Positions 8,360 through 16,261 of a stretch of 64,000 nt of DNA are shown here, in pieces (position 1 is the stretch's first letter; each line of letters opens with the position of its first letter). The stretch is from the NCBI RefSeq assembly GCF_028368995.1, contig NZ_JAQNDL010000001.1, positions 2,816,001 through 2,880,000 of the forward strand, in the 5' to 3' direction. Made by a program: the position numbers and the translations under genes. The notes below the pieces were generated by a model. That model saw nothing but the letters and a program-made list of their open reading frames with translations. It searched no databases and was not told where the DNA came from. The stretch is from Nannocystis bainbridge (GTDB taxonomy: Bacteria > Myxococcota_A > Polyangia > Nannocystales > Nannocystaceae).

Positions 8360-9805
8360 ATGGTCCTGGTGCTGCCCACCGTCCTCGTGCTCGGCTGTGC
8401 CTTGTTCGCGGGGCCAGGGCCGGCGGCGGTCCCTTCCGAGCCACAGCCGGCCGCACCGGAGCCCGGCCCGGCGCCGCCGGTGAGCGCGACACCGGCGGCC
8501 CCCGCCGAGGCCCCGCCAGCGCCCGAACCGGTCGAGATTGCCGCGCTGCGGGCGGCGCTCGGCCAGACCGCGGAGAGCCCTGCGGTGCGCGAGTTGGTCG
8601 AGCGTATGGGCGCGCCGATCGTCGGCGAACTGGGCGGCGACTCGACCCACATCTTTCCTGCCCACGCGGTGGGCCTGCGATTCGGCAGCGACGGCCGGGT
8701 CCTCGAGGTGGCGCTGATCGGCCCCCGCGACGCTCATTCAGGCCATTATCGCGGAGCTCTGCCCGGCGGCCTGCAATTCGGCATGCCCGCGTACCTCGTC
8801 GCGCGCAGCCTCGGCGTCGAGATCCCCAACCGCGAATACGGCCGACGCGACGACACCCGCCTGATGCGGCCCGCGATCGAGGGCGGCCGGACCTTCCGCG
8901 CGCACGGCCTGCGGGTCCGCTTCGATCGCAAGGACTGGGCGCTCGCGGTCGTCTTCCTGCTCCCGACCGCCGCGCCCGGCAGCGTCCACCTCGACGACCC
9001 GATCGTCTTCCCGGGCGAGGAGTCGGGCCTGCGAGGTCTGCGGGTCTACTATCACCTCGGCGTCGGCGCTTCACCGACCTGCGAGCCCTTCGACGTCGAG
9101 CTCCGCCTCACGGGCCCGTCGGGCGCTCCGGTCCGCGCTCGCCTCCCGCCGCGCCGCGCCCGGCCGGCCGTGTTCACCGCCGTCGACGAGCGCGTCCCGT
9201 GCCGCGACGAGGACCGCATGATCTTCGTGCCCTTCGGCGACCTCGATCTGCCGCCCGGCCCCCACGCGCTGAGCCTGCAGCTCGCCACCCGCCCGGCGAA
9301 AGACCGCACGCCCCGGAGCGCGCACGTCGGCGCCGCCGAGCTCCGCACTTCGGCCGAGTTCGAGATGCCCGCCGTCGCCCTGGTCCGCCTGCGAGTCAGC
9401 CGCGCGGAGATCCAGCGCGAGGTGTTCCGCCGCCGCAACACCGCCGCCGCGCTCACCTTCGGCGTCTCGGCCCTCTTCTCGCGCCCCAAGCTCGGTCCAG
9501 ACCCGTTCTGGGTGCTCGTCGCCGGTCGTCACCACCACCGCTCGAAGGCGCGACGAAGCACCTTCTCGCCGCGCTGGACCGAGCCGACCGCATGGTTCCC
9601 GCTCGCCGAGGGCGACTCGTTCACGCTCCACCTCGCCGACGAGGACGTGGGAGACAACGAGCCGCTCGCCAAATTCAGCGTCAGCCTCGACCAGCTGCGC
9701 GCCGCCGTCCGCGACCACGCCCCGCTGTCCGCGGGCTGGGTCGAGCGCCTCGACCTCGACGGCTCGGAGATCCGCGAAGCCGGCGAGCCCGCCCCGCGCC
9801 GCTGA
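8360..9805 (+). CDS. Exported hypothetical protein with a possible C-terminal C2-like domain
   Basis: Hydrophobic N-terminus MVLVLPTVLVLGCALF (alternative ATG at 8309), Pro-rich linker, C-terminal PDPF...RSK...TFSPRW...LHLADED...DNEPL. Confidence 0.7.
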   Translation: MVLVLPTVLVLGCALFAGPGPAAVPSEPQPAAPEPGPAPPVSATPAAPAEAPPAPEPVEIAALRAALGQTAESPAVRELVERMGAPIVGELGGDSTHIFPAHAVGLRFGSDGRVLEVALIGPRDAHSGHYRGALPGGLQFGMPAYLVARSLGVEIPNREYGRRDDTRLMRPAIEGGRTFRAHGLRVRFDRKDWALAVVFLLPTAAPGSVHLDDPIVFPGEESGLRGLRVYYHLGVGASPTCEPFDVELRLTGPSGAPVRARLPPRRARPAVFTAVDERVPCRDEDRMIFVPFGDLDLPPGPHALSLQLATRPAKDRTPRSAHVGAAELRTSAEFEMPAVALVRLRVSRAEIQREVFRRRNTAAALTFGVSALFSRPKLGPDPFWVLVAGRHHHRSKARRSTFSPRWTEPTAWFPLAEGDSFTLHLADEDVGDNEPLAKFSVSLDQLRAAVRDHAPLSAGWVERLDLDGSEIREAGEPAPRR

Positions 9806-9865
9806 GCCGTGCCGTCGCCGACTCGTGACCGCCGCGCCCGACCTGTGTCACCATCGCGGCTCGCC

Positions 9866-10717
9866 ATGCCCGCCGCGTTCGACCGCCTCGTCGTCCTCGA
9901 CTTCGAGGCCACCTGTGACAACAGCGACCCGCCCGTCCCGCAGGAGGTGATCGAGTTCCCCTCCGTGCTCGTCTCGCTGACCGATCGCGCCGTCGTCGAC
10001 AGCTTCTCGACCTTCGTGCGCCCCGTCCACCACCCCACGCTCAGCGCCTTCTGCACCGAGCTCACCACCATTCGCCAGGCGGACGTCGACCCCGCCCCCG
10101 TGTTCCCCGAAGTCCTCGCCGCCCATCGCGCCTGGCTCGAAGGACATGGCCTCTTCGACAGCCAGGGCCGCGAGCGGTTCGCCTTCGTCACCTGCGGCGA
10201 CTGGGACCTGCAGACCATGCTGCCCGTCCAGTGCGGCGCCAGCGGCATCCCGATCTCCGCCCTGCCGCCCGTCTATCGCCGGTGGATCAACATCAAGAAG
10301 GTCTTCCTCGCCGTCATGAAGAAGGCCAAGACCACCGGCATGCCCGCCATGCTGCAGGCGCTCGGCCTCGAGCTGCAGGGCACCCACCACCGCGGCATCG
10401 ACGACTGTCACAACATCGCCCGCCTGGTCTTCGCCCTCGCCGACCGCGGCGCCCGCTTCGACCTCACCGGCAAGCTGGCCGCCTCGCACTACCCCGAGCT
10501 CGCGCTCGACCTGCAGTGGGGCGACCGCGTCGAGCGCGTCTTCCTCAAGAAGCGCCACCTCGCCAGCCTGCTCGGCCTCGCCAGCGGGGTCTTCCACGCC
10601 CGCATGGTCCGCGTCCTCGGCCCCGACGGCGCCGCCATCGAGGACGACGACCCGCTCGCCGAGCTGCCCCCCGAGTCGCGCCTGCGGGTCCTCAGCGCCC
10701 GCGACCTAGCGACATGA
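9866..10717 (+). CDS. ERI-1-like DEDDh 3'-5' exonuclease with a short extra C-terminal domain
   Basis: ExoI VLDFEATC, EVIEFP, FCTELT.I.Q..VD.AP, ExoII CGDWDL, ExoIII HHRGIDDC.NIA. Confidence 0.9.
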   Translation: MPAAFDRLVVLDFEATCDNSDPPVPQEVIEFPSVLVSLTDRAVVDSFSTFVRPVHHPTLSAFCTELTTIRQADVDPAPVFPEVLAAHRAWLEGHGLFDSQGRERFAFVTCGDWDLQTMLPVQCGASGIPISALPPVYRRWINIKKVFLAVMKKAKTTGMPAMLQALGLELQGTHHRGIDDCHNIARLVFALADRGARFDLTGKLAASHYPELALDLQWGDRVERVFLKKRHLASLLGLASGVFHARMVRVLGPDGAAIEDDDPLAELPPESRLRVLSARDLAT

Positions 10718-10775
10718 CCCCGGGGACATGCTTCATCGAACATGCCCGATCGAGCATGTTCACGAGAACATGTCG
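10710..10775. repeat. 14-bp-phased decamer array (5 units)
   Basis: CGACATGACC 10710, GGACATGCTT 10724, GAACATGCCC 10738, GAGCATGTTC 10752, GAACATGTCG 10766. Confidence 0.9.
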
Positions 10776-10794
10776 CTTCGACCATCCCCTCGCC

Positions 10795-11304
10795 ATGACC
10801 GCCTCGCCGACCCGCTACGCCTACGTCGGCCCGCCGGAGCTCCGCGACCGCGCCCGCGGCGAGCCCGGCGCGGTCATCGACACCGCCGCCGCGCTCGAGC
10901 GCTGGCTGAGCGCCGACTCCGACGCCGGGCGCGAGAGCCTCACCTACGTCGTCGACCTGCAGGGCCGGCTGCGCGTCGCCCCGCGCCGCTCCGAGCACAT
11001 CGACTGCGCCGGCGGCGACGCCGTGCTCGCCGCGGGCGAGCTGCGCTTCGCCCGTGGAGCCGACCGCCGCCTCGTCGTGCGCGAGGTCAGCAATCAATCG
11101 ACCGGCTACTGCCCCGACCCCGACTGCTGGCCCGCCGTCGCCGCGGCGCTGACCGCCGCCGGGATCGACCACCCGCCCGGCTTCACCCTCGCCTTCGTGT
11201 TCCGCCGCTGCCCCGCGTGCGCGCAGATCAACCTCGTCAAGGACGAATGGTTCGCGTGCGCCGTCTGTGACGCCGAGCTGCCGCGCGCGTGGAACTTCGC
11301 CTGA
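10795..11304 (+). CDS. Hypothetical protein with a C-terminal Zn-ribbon
   Basis: ATG at 10795. Motifs YAYVGP, APRRSEH..CAGG..VLAAGE, VSNQSTGYCPD, CPAC...CAVC. Confidence 0.8.
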   Translation: MTASPTRYAYVGPPELRDRARGEPGAVIDTAAALERWLSADSDAGRESLTYVVDLQGRLRVAPRRSEHIDCAGGDAVLAAGELRFARGADRRLVVREVSNQSTGYCPDPDCWPAVAAALTAAGIDHPPGFTLAFVFRRCPACAQINLVKDEWFACAVCDAELPRAWNFA

Positions 11305-11320
11305 ACCCCCCTTACAAAGA

Positions 11321-14188
11321 TCACCGCAGCGTCTCGGCCGTGACCGCGATCGTCTCCCCGCGGCCGAGCGTCAGCTGCAGCGTGCGACCGCTTGGCACCG
11401 TCGTCAGCTGGCGAAACAGGTGGGACCCCGGCCCCGACACCGCGTGCCCATCGACCGCCGCGATCTCGTCGCCGACGCGCAGCCCGGCCCGCCCCGCAGG
11501 ACCCTCCGGCCGGACCAGCGCCACGATCACCCGCCTCGCCGCCGGCGCCTGCTCGCGCGGCGCCGGCGCCACCGAGAACCCGAGGTCGCCCGCCGGCCGA
11601 TCGGCCGGGGCGCGCCGACGGGCCATCGCGATCGGCGCCAGCTCGATCGTACCTGTCCCTTCGAGCAGCACCGGCACCCCGGCGATCGCATACTCGCCGC
11701 TCTGGTAGTCGTGATTGACCGGGGTCACCGACACCACCGCCGGTCCGGTCGTCGCGCCCACGACCTCGAAGCTGCCCTGCGCATCGGTGACGCTGCGCGA
11801 GCCCATTCCGACGGCCAGCCCACCCTGCGCCGGGGCCACGCCCACCGACATCCCGACCACCGGCGCGCCGGTCTCGACGTCGACCAGGCGACCGCGCACC
11901 GTCACCCGCGGCGCCAGCACCAGGGCGATGTCGCGGCGCACCTCACCCGCGGCCAGCGTCACCGTCGCCTCGGCCGCGCCCTCGCTGGACTCGGCGCGCA
12001 GCGAGTACGTCCCCGGCCCGAGGCCCGCGAGCGTGAAGCGCCCCTCCGTGCGGAAGAACTCGTCGTCGCCCCAGCCGCGGCTCTGGGCCTCTCTGGCCGT
12101 CACCTTGACCCACTCCGGGGCGCCGCCGCCGGCGATCCGCACGCTCCCGCCGATCTCCCCGGTCGCGGGGATCGTCACCACCGCCGTGCCGCCGAGCGCC
12201 ACGTGCTCCACCGTCCCCTGCCCCGGCACGTCGTGCCGCGACGCCGTGATCGTATAGCTGCCCGGGGGCAGCCCGGACAGCTCGAAGCGGCCCTCGCCGT
12301 CGCTCAACGTCGGCTGCTGCGGCGCCATCACGTACGAGCCCGAATCCCCCGGCTCCGCCTCGCGCAGCCAGTCGAGGAACGCGTCCGCCACCGGCTCGCC
12401 TGAACCATCGACCACCTGCCCGGTGATCCGCCCGTCGCGCGTCTCGACCACCAGTTCCACCTCCGTCGCCGCGCCGGCCCGGACCTCCACCGAGACCCCC
12501 AGCGCGTCGCCGAGCTGCTCTCCCGCCCGCTTCAGCGGCCGCGCGTCGATATACGCCGTCGCCCGATACTGGCCCGGCAGCACCCCTTGCACCGCGAAGC
12601 GCCCGTCGTCGCCAGTCTCCTGGCTGCCGCCGCTCTGGGCCCCGCGCAGGCTCACCGTGGCTCGCGCGACCGGGCGGCCCGCGCCGTCGATCACCTTCCC
12701 GCGCACCTCGCTGCCCTCGGCCAGGCGGATCTCCACACCCTCGACGTCGCGCCCCTCCGGCACCTCGACCGGCACGCGCGGCGGCGGCGGGCGACCTGGC
12801 CCAAAGGACACCTCGAGCGCGTACGCACCCGGCCTCATCCCGCGCAGGTGAAAGCTGCCGTCGGCCGCCACCGCCGCGTCGCTCGCCCGGCCCCTGCCGG
12901 ACGACGCCCCCTGCGAGTGCGCCAGCACGGCCTCGGCCGGCGCCCCCGCCCCGCGCGCGTCGACCACCCTGCCGCGGATCGCCTGCCCCGCCCGCACCGG
13001 CCAGCGCACGCCCTCGATCGCCGCCTCGCCGACCACGATCGCCTCGTAGCTGTCCTCGGGGACATATCCGGCGCACTGCACCTTCACCGCGTACATGCCC
13101 GGCAGCAGCCCACGCACGGTCACCTCGCCGTCGACCTCGACCCCTGCCGACGCCGAGCGCCGCGTCGTCGGCTCCGACAGCGACACCGTCCCCTCCTCGC
13201 AGCTCGCGCCGCCTGGCCCCACGATCTTGCCGCGCACGGATGTCGCCGGGTGGACGCGGATCGTCACCGGCGTCGAGGTCTCGCCGATCCCCACATACAC
13301 CTTGTCCTGCGCCATCCCGGTGTACGCGTCCGCCTCGACGTACGGCTTGAACATCCCTGGGCGCAGCTGACCGATGCGGAAGTTGCCGTTCGCGTCGGTC
13401 GTCCCCTGCGGCGCGCCGCGTTCGGCCTTGACCGTCGCGTCCGCCACCGGCAGGCCGTCCGACGCACGCACCACCCGGCCGACCAGCACCGCCTCCGGCA
13501 ACAGCTTGAAGTGCGCCGTCTGCCCCGGCACCGTCACCCAGTCTCCGCCCGCCGCGTAGTTCTCGGCCAGCGCCGTCACCCCCTGACGGCCGGGCCGCAC
13601 GTAGAGCACGAAGCTCCCGTCCGGCCCCGAGAAATCGACGCTCCCGCCGGTGCTGACGATCGCCCCCTCGATCTCCCCGCCCGACACGTCGGAGACCGTC
13701 CCGCGCAGCTCCACCCCACCTGGCCACAAGACCAGGTCGATGCCACCCAGCTGCTCCGCCGCGCGCACCGTCACCGAGCCCCCCTGCGCCTCGCCGTGCT
13801 GGCCCGGCAAGTAGCCGCGGGCGCTCGCCGCGACGGCGTGGCGCCCCGGCACCAGCCCCGTCAGTCGATAGCCGCCGTCGGCCCGCGAAAGCTCGCAGCT
13901 CGGCACCCAGTCGCCGGCCCGCGCCGGCCCGGCGCGGTGGACCGTCGCGCACACCCGGGCGCCCGCGATCGCCCGCCCCTTCGGGTCGCGCACGCGCCCC
14001 GCGATCGCCGTGGGCGCGCCGAGAGGTGCCGGCGTCGGCGCGTGAAATGTCCTCGGGGACATGTCCTCGAAGCCATGTCTCTCGACACCCGCCTCGCCCG
14101 CCGGCTCGCCCCGATCGCAGCGCCACCACGCCCACACCGCCACGGTCACCGTCGCCGCCAGGATCAGACTCCGCTTGCGCACCCGCAC
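11321..14188 (-). CDS. Membrane-anchored protein with multiple carboxypeptidase-regulatory-like (transthyretin-like) domains and a C-terminal PDZ domain
   Basis: N-terminal TM; repeated G(R/K)V.D..G.P(V/I)A.A.V...TD..G.F...GL.PG.Y units; C-terminal GPAGRAGLRVGDEIAAVDG. Confidence 0.9.
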   Translation of the reverse strand: MRVRKRSLILAATVTVAVWAWWRCDRGEPAGEAGVERHGFEDMSPRTFHAPTPAPLGAPTAIAGRVRDPKGRAIAGARVCATVHRAGPARAGDWVPSCELSRADGGYRLTGLVPGRHAVAASARGYLPGQHGEAQGGSVTVRAAEQLGGIDLVLWPGGVELRGTVSDVSGGEIEGAIVSTGGSVDFSGPDGSFVLYVRPGRQGVTALAENYAAGGDWVTVPGQTAHFKLLPEAVLVGRVVRASDGLPVADATVKAERGAPQGTTDANGNFRIGQLRPGMFKPYVEADAYTGMAQDKVYVGIGETSTPVTIRVHPATSVRGKIVGPGGASCEEGTVSLSEPTTRRSASAGVEVDGEVTVRGLLPGMYAVKVQCAGYVPEDSYEAIVVGEAAIEGVRWPVRAGQAIRGRVVDARGAGAPAEAVLAHSQGASSGRGRASDAAVAADGSFHLRGMRPGAYALEVSFGPGRPPPPRVPVEVPEGRDVEGVEIRLAEGSEVRGKVIDGAGRPVARATVSLRGAQSGGSQETGDDGRFAVQGVLPGQYRATAYIDARPLKRAGEQLGDALGVSVEVRAGAATEVELVVETRDGRITGQVVDGSGEPVADAFLDWLREAEPGDSGSYVMAPQQPTLSDGEGRFELSGLPPGSYTITASRHDVPGQGTVEHVALGGTAVVTIPATGEIGGSVRIAGGGAPEWVKVTAREAQSRGWGDDEFFRTEGRFTLAGLGPGTYSLRAESSEGAAEATVTLAAGEVRRDIALVLAPRVTVRGRLVDVETGAPVVGMSVGVAPAQGGLAVGMGSRSVTDAQGSFEVVGATTGPAVVSVTPVNHDYQSGEYAIAGVPVLLEGTGTIELAPIAMARRRAPADRPAGDLGFSVAPAPREQAPAARRVIVALVRPEGPAGRAGLRVGDEIAAVDGHAVSGPGSHLFRQLTTVPSGRTLQLTLGRGETIAVTAETLR

Positions 14189-14328
14189 CTCCGAAACACG
14201 GGGCAGCCTACGAGCGCGCCCGACGGCGCGTCAACCCGATCGCGAGGCCGCTGCCCTCGACATCCCCGCGATCCATCGTGTGGGTCCATACCCGGCGCTC
14301 GGTCGTCGCATTCCGGGTGTGCGGACCG

Positions 14329-14375
14329 CGACATTTTGTCGACCCTCGCTCCTCACGAGTCACGACATTTTGTCG
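14329..14375. promoter_or_regulatory. Pair of identical palindromes CGACA-TTT-TGTCG, a putative transcription-factor operator or enhancer
   Basis: CGACATTTTGTCG at 14329-14341 and 14363-14375, 34 bp apart, upstream of the 14188 start. Confidence 0.5.
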
Positions 14376-14435
14376 ATCCTCGCGAGCCACGAAGCCGCAG
14401 AGACCCCGGGGGCTCTCCCACGTCGAGCTCCGCCG

Positions 14436-15419
14436 TCACCCCGCCACGAGCGCGGCGATCTTCTCGCGCTCCGCGGCGTCGGGCATGCGGCCGAACCCCG
14501 CGCGCACGTTGTCGGCCATGTGCTTCGGCGAGCTCGTCGCCGGCAGCGGGCAGTGCACCGCCGGGTGGCCGAGGATGAACTTCAAGAACAACTGACCGAA
14601 GCTCGTGCACTCGAGCTCGGCCGCCCATTCGGGCAGCGGCTGGCCCTTCACCTTTGCGAACAGCGAGCCGCCGTCGAACGGCCGCATCACCAGCACCGCC
14701 ACCCCCAGCTCCGCCGCCGTCGGCAACAACCGCTGCTCCGCCGCGCGGACCGCCGCCGAGTACGGCAGCTGCACGAAATCGAGGGGCTCGCGCCGCAGCA
14801 CCCGCTCGAGCTCGTCCAGCCCCGCCTGCGTATAGTGCGTCACCCCGAGGTAGCGCACCCGCCCCGCGTCGCGCAGCCGCTTCAGCGTCGCGATGTGCGC
14901 TTCGAAGTCGAGCAGGTTGTGCACCTGCAGCAGGTCGAGCTCGTCCGTCCGCAGCAGCCGCATCGAAGCCTCGATCTGCGCCGCACCCTCCGCCCGCCCG
15001 CGCGTCCACACCTTCGTGGCCCAGAACGGTCGCGGCGGCGCACCTGTCTCTGCGACCAGGTCACCCGCGACCTCCTCCGCCCGCCCGTACATCGGCGAGC
15101 TGTCGATCACCCGCCCGCCCGCGGCCGCGAACTGCCGCAGCACCTCGCGCAGCGGCGCCCGCTCGCCCGCGTCGGCGCCGACGTCGAAGGTCTGCCAGGT
15201 GCCCATGCCGATCACCGGCAGGGCCTCGTGCGTGCGGGGATGAGCGCGCGTCTTCATGGTCGTGTCTCCTGACTTCGGTGCATCCATGAGCGGCGGCTCG
15301 CTCGTCGCGGGCGGCATCACGACCGATGCCCGCTGCTCGCCCGCCGGATCGACCTGTCCTTTACGACAGCCAGCAACGAGCCCGCCGGCGACCCCGAGCA
15401 GCGCGCGACGGCTCAGCAT
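14436..15419 (-). CDS. Aldo/keto reductase with a Tat-like signal
   Basis: MLSRRALL...AGC, IGMGTW, IDSSPMYG, ATKVW, DLLQVHN, LGVTHY. Confidence 0.92.
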   Translation of the reverse strand: MLSRRALLGVAGGLVAGCRKGQVDPAGEQRASVVMPPATSEPPLMDAPKSGDTTMKTRAHPRTHEALPVIGMGTWQTFDVGADAGERAPLREVLRQFAAAGGRVIDSSPMYGRAEEVAGDLVAETGAPPRPFWATKVWTRGRAEGAAQIEASMRLLRTDELDLLQVHNLLDFEAHIATLKRLRDAGRVRYLGVTHYTQAGLDELERVLRREPLDFVQLPYSAAVRAAEQRLLPTAAELGVAVLVMRPFDGGSLFAKVKGQPLPEWAAELECTSFGQLFLKFILGHPAVHCPLPATSSPKHMADNVRAGFGRMPDAAEREKIAALVAG

Positions 15420-15459
15420 GCCGCAAGCCTACGGGAGCCCACGCGCCCTCGCAACCCGC

Positions 15460-16173
15460 TCAGCGGCCACAGCAGGCGTCGAAGCGCGCCGGTGCCAGAT
15501 CAAAGTCGTCGCACACCCCCTCGGGCGCGCACGTCCCCGCCGGCGCCCCGTCGACCTCGCAGGCGCACGAGACCGCGTCGCACTCGAGGCGGCGGCTCGG
15601 CGCCTCGAGGCACTCGTCGACGAACACGCAGCCGTCCGACGGCTCCTCGCCGCCGAACTCTTGAAAGATCGCACAACCATCTTCGCCGTACCGGCACCAG
15701 TCCACCGCGTTCTGAAAGTCCTTCCAGCACGGCGACGCCTCCGACTCGAGCGACTCGCAGGTGTTGGTCGCAAAGCACTCGACCGTCAGCCCCCAGTGGT
15801 GCACGCACTGCGTGCCGCTCACCTGGTCCGGCTGACACGGACAACCATCGAACACGCCGTCGAGCCCGCAGGCGACCAGGCGATCGCAGAACTGCTGGCA
15901 CAACACCTCCGGATCGTCCTCGAGGCCCGAGGTGCTCGCCGTGCTCGCCGTGCTCGCCGTGTCCGTCGTGCTCGCGGTGCTCGTCGTGCTCGTCGGCTCG
16001 CCCTCGCTCGTCGTGCCGCCCGTCGACACCCCGGAACCCGAAACCTCTGTCGGGTTCGGAGCGCCGGTCGCGTCGGTCGCCGTGGACGCCGCCGCCTGGG
16101 TCTCCCCCTGCGGGTCGCCGTCTTTGTGCTCGCAGGCGAGCATCACCACCCAGACCAGCCAGCTTCGTCGCAT
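15460..16173 (-). CDS. Lipoprotein with Thr/Ser linker and Cys-rich domain
   Basis: MRRSWLVWVVMLA-C, T/S-rich linker, many paired Cys. Confidence 0.75.
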   Translation of the reverse strand: MRRSWLVWVVMLACEHKDGDPQGETQAAASTATDATGAPNPTEVSGSGVSTGGTTSEGEPTSTTSTASTTDTASTASTASTSGLEDDPEVLCQQFCDRLVACGLDGVFDGCPCQPDQVSGTQCVHHWGLTVECFATNTCESLESEASPCWKDFQNAVDWCRYGEDGCAIFQEFGGEEPSDGCVFVDECLEAPSRRLECDAVSCACEVDGAPAGTCAPEGVCDDFDLAPARFDACCGR

Positions 16174-16261
16174 TCCCCAGGATGACACGCCTGCAGACGC
16201 CAGCCAATCGCGACCGCGCCCGGTGTAGTGTCGCAGCATCGCGAACACGCGCCCAGACACC

